Below, piece after piece: positions 19,396 to 30,413 of a stretch of 64,000 bases of DNA. The stretch comes from Myxococcota bacterium (GTDB lineage: Bacteria; Myxococcota_A; SURF-8; G963663525), in NCBI GenBank assembly GCA_963676915.2, contig CAXXVK010000043.1, positions 224,001 to 288,000 on the forward strand, given 5' to 3'. Numbering within the stretch: the stretch's first letter is position 1; each line of letters opens with the position of its first letter. Below the pieces are notes generated by a model, which had not been told where the DNA came from, did not search any database, and was given only the letters and a program-made list of their open reading frames with translations. The position numbers were made by a program, and so were the translations under genes.

Positions 19396-20904
19396 TCAGG
19401 AAATGATTGGAATGGGACCGGATAACCCGGACGTTTTAATGGGTGCCGGGCGCTTGTGCCAATGCGTGAGATCCTGGTACATCACTCCGCATTGAAGCAA
19501 GAAATCTTCGCGGAATGGAGCCGCCATCAGTTGCATGCCGATCGGCAGGCCCGAAGGGGTTCTTCCGCAGGGCAGACTCATGGCGCAGATCCCCGCGAGA
19601 TTCGCCGGAACTGTATACATATCGGCAAGATAGGATGTCAACGGATCGTCGGGGATCTCGTCCGGTCTGGGAGGTAGAAACGGTGATACGGGGGCTAGGA
19701 TTACGTCGCAGGAGTCGAAAGCTTCCATGAAATCCCGACGAATCAATTCCCGAACTTGTGCCGCTTTCCGGTAATAATCTTTGAAAGCGCTCTCGGTCAG
19801 GGCAAAAGTACCCATCAGAATCCGTCGTCGGACTTCTTCTCCGAATCCCTCGCGTCGGGTGGCTTTGTAGGTGGCTTGCAGATTGTCCTTGCTTACACGC
19901 TTTCCGTAACGCATGCCATCGAAACGCGACAGGTTGGATGACGCCTCCGACATAGCGATCACATAATATGTCGCTACGGCATGTTGCAAATGAGGAAGCT
20001 CGATGTTCACTACTTCTGCACCCAGCTTTTCGAAAACCGTTCGGGTGTTTTCCAGGGACTGACGGATGTTTTCGTCCAGCTCGTTTCCGAAACTTTCCGG
20101 GCACCAGCCAACACGAAGATTGTCGAGTTCTCCTTCGGCCAGCAGGGAAAAATCTTCGTTTGCCCACTTGTGGTGGGTTGAGTCGTTGGAATCGGGGTTG
20201 GTCATGGCGTCCAGCATGAATGCGGCGTCTTTGACCGTACGAGTCAGCGGTCCGATCTGTTCCAGGCTCGAACCATACGCCACGTTTCCGAAACGAGAGA
20301 CGTTGCCGTAGGTGGGCAAGAATCCGACGGCGTTGCAAAACGCGGCCGGTTGCCGGATGCTTCCCCCGGTGTCGGAACCTAGCGCCGCCGCGACACAGCC
20401 GGACATCACGGCAGAGGCGGAACCTCCCGAGGAACCTCCCGAAACCCGTTGGAAATCCCAAGGGTTTTTTGCTCCGCCATGCACCGAGGTCTGGCAGGTG
20501 TTGCCCATGGCAAATTCGTCCATATCGGTCAAACCCATGACAATGGCCCCACATTCGCGTAGGTTGTGAACCGCTTCGGCGTCGTAGGGTGCAAGATATC
20601 CTTCGAGAACGGCGGAAGAGCAGTCGTTGGGCATGTCTTTTACGGCGATGGAACTTTTGACGGCAATGGGGATGCCTGTTAGCACGCCTGCCCGTCCGGT
20701 TCGTAGCCAGTCGTCGGCGTCATCGGCTTGGATCATCAGTTCCCGAATCGGCATTTGGTGGACGAACGGACGAAATTGCCCCTGAACATGTTGAATTCGT
20801 TCGTAAAAAGAATAAACGACTTCTTTGGCGGTTACGTCGCCGTTGTCCAGCATCTGGCGCAATTCGATCAATGGGGTTTCACAAATTTCCATCGGCTCGC
20901 TCAC
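19396..20904 (-). CDS. gatA: Asp/Glu-tRNA amidotransferase subunit A
   Basis: Amidase signature GGSSGGSA, LGSDTGGSIRQPA; EASSNLSRFDG, GFGEEVRRRILMGT. Confidence 0.92.
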   Translation of the reverse strand: MSEPMEICETPLIELRQMLDNGDVTAKEVVYSFYERIQHVQGQFRPFVHQMPIRELMIQADDADDWLRTGRAGVLTGIPIAVKSSIAVKDMPNDCSSAVLEGYLAPYDAEAVHNLRECGAIVMGLTDMDEFAMGNTCQTSVHGGAKNPWDFQRVSGGSSGGSASAVMSGCVAAALGSDTGGSIRQPAAFCNAVGFLPTYGNVSRFGNVAYGSSLEQIGPLTRTVKDAAFMLDAMTNPDSNDSTHHKWANEDFSLLAEGELDNLRVGWCPESFGNELDENIRQSLENTRTVFEKLGAEVVNIELPHLQHAVATYYVIAMSEASSNLSRFDGMRYGKRVSKDNLQATYKATRREGFGEEVRRRILMGTFALTESAFKDYYRKAAQVRELIRRDFMEAFDSCDVILAPVSPFLPPRPDEIPDDPLTSYLADMYTVPANLAGICAMSLPCGRTPSGLPIGMQLMAAPFREDFLLQCGVMYQDLTHWHKRPAPIKTSGLSGPIPIIS

Positions 20905-21185
20905 TCCATGACTTTCGGTACGCGAAGGTAGGAATTTTCGCGCTCTGACAGCGTTTGTTCCACCATTTTTCGGTCCAGTCCTTCTTTTACTTCGTCGTCT
21001 CTTAAGGGAAGACTTTCGTTGTTGGGATGAAACAGTGGAGGAACGTTGCTTGTATCGACGGCTTCCAGACTGGACATAAACTCCAGAATCCGTTCGAGTT
21101 CTTTGCTCAGTGTATCGCGTTCCATGTCGCGTAGATCGATTTGAGCCAGTTTCGCCAGTTTTTCGAGATCGAATTGCGGGGACAT
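20901..21185 (-). CDS. gatC: Asp/Glu-tRNA amidotransferase subunit C
   Basis: LAKLAQI, VDTSNVPP, LRDD, RVPKV; overlaps the gatA start. Confidence 0.88.
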   Translation of the reverse strand: MSPQFDLEKLAKLAQIDLRDMERDTLSKELERILEFMSSLEAVDTSNVPPLFHPNNESLPLRDDEVKEGLDRKMVEQTLSERENSYLRVPKVME

Positions 21186-21325
21186 GTCCGATTTCCTCCG
21201 TTTTTCACGATGCGCGAAAGTATACCTCGAAGATGCCACCGGGTCCATGGATCTTCTTGCAGAAAAATTTGCGGATCGTGTGGGGGATCGATTGTCATGA
21301 AAACCTGGGATAATTCCGTTCATAG

Positions 21326-21526
21326 GGTGCATCACAAAAAATAGCGACTTTCGTAAAATCCTATTTTTTCGTAGCGGCGAGGCGTAAGCCCGCCGTTTTT
21401 GCCTTTTGAAAGTTGCTTTTATGCCCCCAATTTCCCTTTTCGGCGGGCTTACGCCTCGCCGCTACAACCAAATGAATGAATGCTTCAATATTATTGGGCC
21501 AATTCGCTACATTTTGTGATGCAACC
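21326..21526. mobile_element. 200-bp MITE/REPIN-like element, copy 2
   Basis: Same structure and orientation as copy 1; internal inverted repeat 21371-21395/21441-21465. Confidence 0.8.
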
Positions 21527-21629
21527 CCGTTCATACTCTGCCAAAAACTTTCATTGCAGGACCGGCTTTTCCCGTGGTACGTTCGGACGCTTTGTGTGTT
21601 TTCGGGGTACTTTTTTCGGATCGAACGAG

Positions 21630-22718
21630 ATGACTTCGCAACAGCGACAACCTGTGTTCCGAGTAGCGGCAATTGGCTGCGGGAAGGTCTTCCGGCACCA
21701 TCTCGATGCGTTATCGGAATGCCCTAACCTGCAACTCGTCGGAGTTTGCGACCGACAAAAAGAACGTGCCCAGGATGTCGCCGACAAAGTCGGAATCTCG
21801 GCTTACGACCGGATCGAAAACCTGTTGGACGCGCAACGGCCGGATATCGTTGCCGTGTTGACTCCTTCGGGGGATCATGTAGAAACGGCGCTAAAAGCCG
21901 TTGGACGTACGCAAGCCGTAGTGGTCGAAAAACCCATGGCTCTTTCCACTCGGGACGCCGACCGCCTGATTTACGCCTGCAAAGAGGCGGGAACCCGGCT
22001 GTTTGTCGTTAAGCCGCTGCGTTTCAGTCCACCTGTGACCGCTTTACGGCAGGCGTTGGAAGATGGCCGATTCGGTCGGATGGTTTCCGGCTCGATTCGG
22101 GTGTATTTCAAGCGTCCTGCCGAGTACTACCGCCGGGATTCCTGGCGTGGAACACTGGATCTTGATGGCGGAGTGATGGCCAATCAGGCCATACATTATA
22201 TCGATTTGTTGCAATGGATGATGGGACCGGTGGCGGCGGTTCAAGCCTATCAAGCTCGGAGGCTTGCCGACACCGAAGCGCCCGACACGGGATGCGCCGT
22301 GCTGCGTTTCGAAAACGGTGCGCTGGGAACGATTGAAGCTACGACGGCGACGCGTCCTTTCGCTCTGGGTGGTTCGCTGACTCTACTTGGGGAAACCGGT
22401 TCGGTGGAGATCGAGGGTTTCGCCGCCGAGCGGCTGAAAACCTGGAATTTCACGAGGACTCAGCCCGGCGATGACGGTCTGTTCGAACGTGTGCGGCGAG
22501 AAGTCGAGATATCACCCGGCGGACATCGCGCCTTTTACCGGCACGTTGTCGAATGCCTTTCGACAGGTGGCGAAACGCTGCTTGCCGGGGAGGAAGGCCG
22601 AAAATCCGTGGCTCTTGTCGAAGCTATTGCGCGCTCTGCTTCCACGGGGCGGGAAGTTCGATTGCCGCCGATTACCGAAGAATTTCAACCTGCCGTTCGA
22701 GGCAAGCCTGCCGTTTAA
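21630..22718 (+). CDS. Gfo/Idh/MocA oxidoreductase (WlbA/WbpB/GnnA-like nucleotide-sugar 3-dehydrogenase)
   Basis: IGCGKV, LTPSGDH, VEKPMA, WRGT...DGGVMANQAIHYIDL. Confidence 0.85.
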   Translation: MTSQQRQPVFRVAAIGCGKVFRHHLDALSECPNLQLVGVCDRQKERAQDVADKVGISAYDRIENLLDAQRPDIVAVLTPSGDHVETALKAVGRTQAVVVEKPMALSTRDADRLIYACKEAGTRLFVVKPLRFSPPVTALRQALEDGRFGRMVSGSIRVYFKRPAEYYRRDSWRGTLDLDGGVMANQAIHYIDLLQWMMGPVAAVQAYQARRLADTEAPDTGCAVLRFENGALGTIEATTATRPFALGGSLTLLGETGSVEIEGFAAERLKTWNFTRTQPGDDGLFERVRREVEISPGGHRAFYRHVVECLSTGGETLLAGEEGRKSVALVEAIARSASTGREVRLPPITEEFQPAVRGKPAV

Positions 22719-22732
22719 TGAAGGATTTGTCG

Positions 22733-23851
22733 ATGACCGCACCCGTGATCCCCCTTGTCGATTTGAAAGCCCAATACGAAACGATCCGAAACGATATCGA
22801 TCGTGCCATATCACGCACGGTCGCGAATTGTTCTTTCGTTTTAGGACCGGAAGTCGAGCGATTCGAGCAGGCGTTCGCCTCTTTTTGCGGCGTTCGGCAC
22901 GCGATCGGTTGCGCCAACGGCACCGATGCGCTGGTCCTGGCTCTACATGCTTTAGGGATCGGTGAAGGGGACGAGGTGATCGTTCCGGCCTTTACCTTCG
23001 TTGCGACGGCGGAAGCCGTGCTTCGTACCGGAGCGCGTCCGGTATTCGCAGATGTGAACGAAAGGGATTTGATTCTCGATGCCGAAACCGTTGAAAAAGC
23101 CTGGACCGAGCACACGCGGGCGGTGATCCCCGTCCATCTTTTCGGTCGTATGGCCGATGTAGATGTTTTGCAGGAAATGGCCGAAAAACGAGGGGCTTTG
23201 TTGATCGAGGATGCCGCTCAGGCGCATGGTGCAACCTGGAAAGATAGAAAAGCCGGTTCGATGGGGAAGGCTGGGTGCTTCAGTTTCTATCCCGGAAAAA
23301 ATCTCGGGGCATATGGAGACGCTGGAGCTGTGGTCACGAATGACGACGATCTGGCGCACTGGCTCAAGAAAGCACGTAACCATGGACGCTCTACGAAAAA
23401 CGGCCACGATTTTCCCGGGTGGAACAGTCGCTTGGACGGATTGCAGGCCGCCGTATTGAACGTCAAACTTCCCCATTTGGATACCTGGAACGCCCGCCGG
23501 AGGGAACTGGCTGCCCGTTACGAAAAACGCTTGTTCGAAGTGCCGGGCGTTCGAACTCTAACCACGGCGAAGGACACCGTTCCGGCACCACATCACTGGG
23601 TGGTGCGTTTGCCGGATCGCGACCGGGTGGCGCGTCAACTTGCCGAGCGCGGCATAATGGCAGCGATTCATTACCCGCGTCCGCTGCATCGTCTCCCGGC
23701 TTTTTCGGATGTCATCGCTTCGGATCTTTCTCTTCCCAACTGTGACCAGGCCGCTAGGGAGGTGCTTTCACTGCCTTTGTATCCCGAACTGGGCGAGGAA
23801 GGTGTAGACCGAGTCGTGAATGAATTGGCGACAGTACTTAAAGACCTATGA
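22733..23851 (+). CDS. DegT/DnrJ/EryC1/StrS aminotransferase
   Basis: ANGTDAL, PAFTFVATAE, EDAAQAHGA, SFYPGKNLGAYGDAG, NSRLDGLQAA. Confidence 0.92.
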   Translation: MTAPVIPLVDLKAQYETIRNDIDRAISRTVANCSFVLGPEVERFEQAFASFCGVRHAIGCANGTDALVLALHALGIGEGDEVIVPAFTFVATAEAVLRTGARPVFADVNERDLILDAETVEKAWTEHTRAVIPVHLFGRMADVDVLQEMAEKRGALLIEDAAQAHGATWKDRKAGSMGKAGCFSFYPGKNLGAYGDAGAVVTNDDDLAHWLKKARNHGRSTKNGHDFPGWNSRLDGLQAAVLNVKLPHLDTWNARRRELAARYEKRLFEVPGVRTLTTAKDTVPAPHHWVVRLPDRDRVARQLAERGIMAAIHYPRPLHRLPAFSDVIASDLSLPNCDQAAREVLSLPLYPELGEEGVDRVVNELATVLKDL

Positions 23852-23915
23852 GATAAAGAAAAAACTCCTGAAATATCAATCGGTTCAATGGAAAGGGTAG
23901 CGACTGTGATTGAAG

Positions 23916-25022
<1,107 letters not shown>

Positions 25023-25224
25023 CATTTTACCACAACAAACACCTGAAAACTGACACAATAAAGATCATACAAGGTCGGGTAAGTTTTTTGCCTGACACCC
25101 ATCTGATGGTTCAGTATTGTAAACTGAACCAAAACGTTGAAGAGCAGGATTCAATCCTGCTCCATCGAGGACGAACCAAGGGAAATGACAGGAATCATGC
25201 TCTAGTAAAAGACAAAACCGAAGC

Positions 25225-25251
25225 GTCGGGCAAGAAATTTGCCCGACCTAC
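25225..25251 (-). repeat. GTAG-type REP palindrome
   Basis: Minus strand GTAG-GTCGGGCAA-ATTTC-TTGCCCGAC; inverted partner of the REP interrupted by the IS. Confidence 0.7.
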
Positions 25252-25255
25252 TAAT

Positions 25256-25288
25256 AAAAAAGCCGTCTCGGGATTCGAGACGGCTTTT
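25256..25288. terminator. Bidirectional intrinsic terminator
   Basis: AAAAAGCCGTCTCG-GGATT-CGAGACGGCTTTT. Confidence 0.75.
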
Positions 25289-25310
25289 ATCATGAAATTT
25301 ATCAGAAATT

Positions 25311-26444
25311 TTAGAAACTGACCGCGACTTCGCCCTGTACTCCTAAGGACGGCAGGTCTTCCCCAATGATCGGAGCTACTGCGCTCAACCCGGCTTCGAA
25401 TATCGTATGACGGAAGCGGTATCCGCCACCGACTTCGAGTTTATTGGTGGGGTGGACTTCACGATTGAGCCACGTTCGCATCTGGTCGGTCGTAGCGGCT
25501 TCCGCATCGTAGAACAGCATGGTGTACTCGGCGTGCAGACCTATGTAGTGAGTCATCTTTGCGCCGTCCTGGAAGCGCAATGCAGGCCAGGCTCGGGCGT
25601 AAACGCCGGGGATGTATTGGTCGTCGCCTTTCTTTTTCGCTTTCTGAACCAGCAGTTTCGGGGCCGCGTCGATTTCGAAGGTGAACCAGCTACTTGCATC
25701 GACGAACCACAGCAGGTGCAGCGAAAGGTCCAGCAGATCGGGTTTCATGCGGTCGTCCCGTCCGGTCTGACCTTCCAGAGCGCGTTGGTAAGGAATACGA
25801 ATATCGATCGGCAGCGCCAAGGTGAACCAGGTCCAGTCGTTCTCAACCACTCGATATTTGGGCGTAAACCGAATCGAAATCTTGTTCATGCCGTAGTCGT
25901 CGTAGTGAGTCTCGGTGCCGTCCGAACTCAAGGTGTTGTTGCGAGGATCGTTTGCCCGTTGCCATTCGGTGGCGATTTCCAAGGCCAAAAGTTTTTCACC
26001 AGGAGAGGCAAGTTGGAAAGCAAAGAAAAAGCTGTTGGTATCGGTCGTTACGAGGTTCGTCCGTAGCGTGTCCTGATTGGTCTCTTTATTCGTGGTGTAA
26101 TAATTGATTTCCGCATCGTCGCCACGCTGAACGAGAAAGCCGAAGTGGGCGTGACTGTCCATGCGCGAATTGACTTTCTGGCCGAAAACCGGGCTGTACC
26201 GTCGGTTGAACCACTTTTCCTCCTGCGGAATATTTACGGCAGGCATCGACTGGCCAACGGCGGGAGTTTCGGACGCAACGGGCTTAGCGCCTTCCGCCGT
26301 ATCGGTTTCGATTTCCGCTAATTGTTGTTCCATTTGTTTCATAAACGCTTCGTTTTCGTCCGTTTCTGTATTTTCCGCATTGGCGGGAAGGACGAACAAC
26401 GTCACGATCATCAGTGCGCATCCAAGGTTACACAGCCATTTCAT
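25311..26444 (-). CDS. Hypothetical exported protein, probable outer-membrane beta-barrel
   Basis: Signal peptide MKWL...ANA, amphipathic strands, C-terminal GVQGEVAVSF (terminal Phe). Confidence 0.6.
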   Translation of the reverse strand: MKWLCNLGCALMIVTLFVLPANAENTETDENEAFMKQMEQQLAEIETDTAEGAKPVASETPAVGQSMPAVNIPQEEKWFNRRYSPVFGQKVNSRMDSHAHFGFLVQRGDDAEINYYTTNKETNQDTLRTNLVTTDTNSFFFAFQLASPGEKLLALEIATEWQRANDPRNNTLSSDGTETHYDDYGMNKISIRFTPKYRVVENDWTWFTLALPIDIRIPYQRALEGQTGRDDRMKPDLLDLSLHLLWFVDASSWFTFEIDAAPKLLVQKAKKKGDDQYIPGVYARAWPALRFQDGAKMTHYIGLHAEYTMLFYDAEAATTDQMRTWLNREVHPTNKLEVGGGYRFRHTIFEAGLSAVAPIIGEDLPSLGVQGEVAVSF

Positions 26445-26671
26445 AAGGGCTTCTCCACATCGTTTTGACGGATACAAAGACTGCTATCTAAGTACCCAAA
26501 GGAGGGAGCGGATGTCAAGAATTTTGTTATTTTTCAAGTAGTTAAAGCATACGAAACCCCGTTGAAAAACCTTGACTTGCCCAAATTCGTCATGGTATGA
26601 AACCAATGCTGGACCCAATCCAGAATAGGCTGATTTACCTTGCTTCCGCTTTGATTTTCGGAGGATTTCCT

Positions 26672-28603
26672 ATGAAATTTTCAGCAGTTTGGCTGGTTGC
26701 AGCCCTGCTTTGTCTCGTCGCTTCCCCCGTTTTTGCCCAGGATGGTGCATCAACCGACGACGGCTTTGCTCCTCCTGCAGAAAAAAACGATGGCTTCGAA
26801 CCTCCTGCCTATCCCCCTGAAGGCCAGGAAGGCGAAATGCCCTCTGATGCTTTTGCCGTCGAGCCGACCGAGGAACTTTCCCTCGACGACTTGGAGAAGC
26901 TGGAATCCCTGGAAAATGCGGAAGCCATCGAAAAGGAACAGCTCAACTTTTTCGAATTGAACGGCTATTTCCGGGTGCGCGCCGACATGTTCCACAACCT
27001 GGACATGGGTGTTTACAATGAATTGCGTCCCTTGCGCGATCTCGGCACCGCCGATTCGGACTCAAATCTCCGCGCCCAGGACGACACCATCGGCAGCGCC
27101 AACATGCGCTTGCGGCTGATGCCCACCTTGAACGTTTCGGAAGATATCCAGATTCATATGCAACTGGACGTTTTCGACAATCTCGTGCTCGGTAGCACCC
27201 CGGATACCATCAACTGGACCCAGAACGGGCCGACGGCAACGGGTATTCAAGCCTTTTCCGCTTCTACCGAACCCATGCGGCAAGGTGTCAACAGCACGAA
27301 AAACTCCGTTGAATTCAAGCGGGTATGGGCGCAGGTACGTACGCCCTTCGGTATCATTCGCTTCGGCCGGATGCCATCCCACTGGGGCTTGGGCATGTAT
27401 GTCAACGACGGTAATGCCATCGACGCCGACTACGGCGACACCATCGACCGTATCCTGTTCGGTACGAAACTGATGGAGCATACCCTGTTCGTGTCCATGG
27501 ACTTCCCCAACGAAGGACTTACCAACGAAGACAACTTCGAGTTCGGCGGTCAGGCCAAAGACGCCACGCAGATGGACGACGTAAACCAGTGGGTGTTCGG
27601 CTTTGCCCGAAAGGACAACGACGTTCAGATCAAAGAACTGCTGGAAAGCGGTGAAGTCAGCGTAAACTACGGATTGTACAATGTTTTCCGCTGGCAGTCC
27701 TACTCGATCGAGAACTGGGATATCGCCAACGAAAGCCACCTGCCCGCCGCAGGAAACTGGGCCAGTCGGGATGGTCTTCGTAACGATATGATCCGTCGGG
27801 ACATGAATATTTATGTCGGTGACGTCTGGTTCCGTCTGTTGTACGAACACTTCCATATGGAATTGGAAGCCGCTTGGATTACGGGTTCTATGGATAACGC
27901 CACCGTCAGTCCTACCGACGTGGACAACGAGGGCATATCCATCGACCAATACGGTCTGGTCGTTCAGTTCGATTACAAATTCCTCAACGAATCCCTGTTC
28001 TTAGGCTTCGAATACGGACTGGCTTCGGGCGATCCCTACCCCGGAGACGATTATACCGAAGGCTTTGGCGTATATCCCAGCCAGGACAGCCAGTTCGGTT
28101 CCTACTATCGAACGAAAAACGGACCGGAAATCAACGATCGAGCGGTCACGAACTTCCGTTTCGACCGGGATTATCATGTGGACTTGATTCTGTTCCGGGA
28201 GATTCTCGGTTGCGTGACCGACGCCATGTACTTCAAGTGGATGTTCCAGTATCTGTTCACTCCCGACATCGGCTTCAAATTCGACCTGATTTATTCCCGT
28301 GCGATGGAAGCCGATTCCACGCCGAGCTACGACCATCAGACGCTCGAAAACAAGGACGACGCCCTGCCGATCAAACGTAAGACCGATCCGAACCTCGGTG
28401 TTGAGTTGGATCTCGACGTGTTCTACACCTCTGTGGATGGCTTCGGGATCGGATTGCAATACGGTGTCTTGTTCCCGTTGGGTGGTTTCGGATATTGGGA
28501 TCCCAACCATTACAGCAATACGTATGGTCAGATCGTTCCTACCTGGTTCGAAGCTCCGGACGTAGCCCAGACGGTGCAATTACGGATGTTCGTGGAATTC
28601 TAA
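26672..28603 (+). CDS. TIGR04551-like outer-membrane beta-barrel protein (Myxococcota-type)
   Basis: FELNGYFRVRADMFHNLD, SANMRLRL.PT..VSED, FGRMPSHWGLG, NFRFDRDYHVDLILFREI; terminal Phe; GGAGG RBS. Confidence 0.72.
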   Translation: MKFSAVWLVAALLCLVASPVFAQDGASTDDGFAPPAEKNDGFEPPAYPPEGQEGEMPSDAFAVEPTEELSLDDLEKLESLENAEAIEKEQLNFFELNGYFRVRADMFHNLDMGVYNELRPLRDLGTADSDSNLRAQDDTIGSANMRLRLMPTLNVSEDIQIHMQLDVFDNLVLGSTPDTINWTQNGPTATGIQAFSASTEPMRQGVNSTKNSVEFKRVWAQVRTPFGIIRFGRMPSHWGLGMYVNDGNAIDADYGDTIDRILFGTKLMEHTLFVSMDFPNEGLTNEDNFEFGGQAKDATQMDDVNQWVFGFARKDNDVQIKELLESGEVSVNYGLYNVFRWQSYSIENWDIANESHLPAAGNWASRDGLRNDMIRRDMNIYVGDVWFRLLYEHFHMELEAAWITGSMDNATVSPTDVDNEGISIDQYGLVVQFDYKFLNESLFLGFEYGLASGDPYPGDDYTEGFGVYPSQDSQFGSYYRTKNGPEINDRAVTNFRFDRDYHVDLILFREILGCVTDAMYFKWMFQYLFTPDIGFKFDLIYSRAMEADSTPSYDHQTLENKDDALPIKRKTDPNLGVELDLDVFYTSVDGFGIGLQYGVLFPLGGFGYWDPNHYSNTYGQIVPTWFEAPDVAQTVQLRMFVEF

Positions 28604-28622
28604 GAAAAGATCAATAACGAAC

Positions 28623-28658
28623 AAAGGCCGGAATTTCTTACTGAAATCCGGCCTTTTT
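28623..28658. terminator. Bidirectional terminator between the OM-protein gene and the che operon
   Basis: AAAGGCCGGA...TCCGGCCTTTTT. Confidence 0.7.
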
Positions 28659-28679
28659 CTTTGCTTTCAAAATAAAAAA

Positions 28680-29144
28680 TCAGTCTTCGTCGGATTCCCT
28701 TCCCACGAAAAGAGTGAATTCCCCGACATCCGGCAGATCGAAAGCGATGGCGAATCGGTCGAGGTTTTCGGGAATGGATTCAATCGACGTATTGCCGGAG
28801 GTGGTGGAAGGGATCGTCAAGTCAAGTTGATGGTCCCGGAGAAATCCTTTGACGTTTCCCCCGATGATGTTGATGACTTCTCCGATGGCGTCGCAGAGTT
28901 CTTCTTCTGTCACGGTTGATCCCTCTGCCAGAGTCGTTTCGACAATAATTTGGGCCGCTTCTCGGCTCAAGCATAAAGCGGTATGGATTTTCAGGTGTCC
29001 ACCGACCAGATCCAGCGATGTGACGATGTGGGATGGATCGATTTCAAACGAGGCGTTAGGATCTTTTACATCGGGTTCCACCTGCATCATGGTCATGAAG
29101 CAGTTTATCGTGGCTTGAATGAAAGGTCGTTTCAGGTCTTCCAT
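28680..29144 (-). CDS. cheX: CheX-family phosphatase
   Basis: PFIQAT..., DAIGEVINIIGGNVK (ExxN), LTIPS; ATG 29144 after AGGAG. Confidence 0.82.
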   Translation of the reverse strand: MEDLKRPFIQATINCFMTMMQVEPDVKDPNASFEIDPSHIVTSLDLVGGHLKIHTALCLSREAAQIIVETTLAEGSTVTEEELCDAIGEVINIIGGNVKGFLRDHQLDLTIPSTTSGNTSIESIPENLDRFAIAFDLPDVGEFTLFVGRESDED

Positions 29145-29180
29145 GGTCGGGGATCTCCTTGGCCCGGTGATTGGTTGCAA

Positions 29181-29555
29181 TCAGGCTCCCATGCCCAGAC
29201 ATTCGGCGATTTTGCTGGCCAACTCTTCGGTGGTGAAAGGTTTCGTAATGTAATGTTGAGCGCCGGCTTTGATGGCTCGAACGATGCTTTGGCGTTCGGT
29301 GTCTGAGGTAACCATCATCACGGGGATGTGTTTCAATTTACTGTCTTGCTTGATTTTCGTAAGCAAGGTGAAGCCATCCATTACGGGCATGTTGATGTCG
29401 AGCGTGATTAGCTCGATACCCTCCGGATTGACTTGCAAAAACTCCAATGCCTGTAAACCGTTTTGAGCCTGAATCGTTTCGTATCCCAAAACGGCTGCGG
29501 CTTGCGAAATAAGTTTTCGCATCATGGAAGAGTCGTCTACTGCGAGCATTTTCAT
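29181..29555 (-). CDS. cheY: Single-domain response regulator CheY
   Basis: AVDDS, LDINMPVMDG, VT, YITKPF. Confidence 0.85.
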   Translation of the reverse strand: MKMLAVDDSSMMRKLISQAAAVLGYETIQAQNGLQALEFLQVNPEGIELITLDINMPVMDGFTLLTKIKQDSKLKHIPVMMVTSDTERQSIVRAIKAGAQHYITKPFTTEELASKIAECLGMGA

Positions 29556-29567
29556 CGTGTTCCCCTG

Positions 29568-30413
29568 TTACTGCAACCGATAATAGACAGCGGAATCATG
29601 GATATGGGTCTGAAAGGTTTCATTGTAGCCTCTCATTGTTTCTGCTGAACCCAGGAATAAATACCCGGGGGAGATCAGGCTTTTGGAGAGCTTATCAAAA
29701 AGTTCTCTTTTGAAGGAATCCGAGAAATAGATGGCAACGTTGCGGCATAGGATAACATCGAAACGGCCCAATCGTGCAAACTCTTTTTGCAAATTAAACT
29801 GTTCGAACGTCACCATTTTTCGCAATTCCTCGGAAATCACCCAAACCGGTCCTTGCTTCGTAAAATAGCGATTTGCATATTCTTCTCGCATTCCTCGATT
29901 CATCGAGATTCGGTTGTATCGGCCCGTTTTTGCAATGAACAGGGCCGAAGGGGAAATATCGGTAGCGTGAATCTGAAACTGGCCGGGATGTATTCCTTTA
30001 AAGGAGTTTTTTCGAACGGCCTGGTCGATCAACATGGCCAAGGAATACGGTTCTTGCCCCGTGGAACAAGCGGCTGACCAGATTCGGACTTTGTACTTTT
30101 TGCCTTGGGACAAAAGGTCGATCATTTCCGGCAAAATCACTTCTTCAAAGACCTTGAACGGAGAATCGTCTCTAAACCACAGGGTCTCGTTCGTGGTCAT
30201 GGCGTCGATGATTTTTTCGGTAAGTTTCGGATCGTTTTTTCTGACAATCAACTGATAAAACGATCCGAAATCTTCACAGCCGTTTTCCAGCATCAGAGTC
30301 GTCAGTCGGTTTTCGATAAGGTAGGATTTTTCCTCGCCCAATGAAATTCCGCACTGTTCCTCGATGTAGTCCCGTATGGGTTGGAATTCTTCTTTTTTCA
30401 AGGATACGCTCAT
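29568..30413 (-). CDS. cheR: Chemotaxis methyltransferase CheR
   Basis: TTNETLWFRD, IWSAACSTGQEPYS, ATDIS, FDVILCRNVAIYF. Confidence 0.95.
   Translation of the reverse strand: MSVSLKKEEFQPIRDYIEEQCGISLGEEKSYLIENRLTTLMLENGCEDFGSFYQLIVRKNDPKLTEKIIDAMTTNETLWFRDDSPFKVFEEVILPEMIDLLSQGKKYKVRIWSAACSTGQEPYSLAMLIDQAVRKNSFKGIHPGQFQIHATDISPSALFIAKTGRYNRISMNRGMREEYANRYFTKQGPVWVISEELRKMVTFEQFNLQKEFARLGRFDVILCRNVAIYFSDSFKRELFDKLSKSLISPGYLFLGSAETMRGYNETFQTHIHDSAVYYRLQ

Noticed and set aside
18235-21526. Composite transposon carrying tRNA-Gly, lemA and gatCA between the two 200-bp elements
   Set aside because: The cargo is housekeeping genes and no flanking target-site duplication is visible; independent insertions are simpler.
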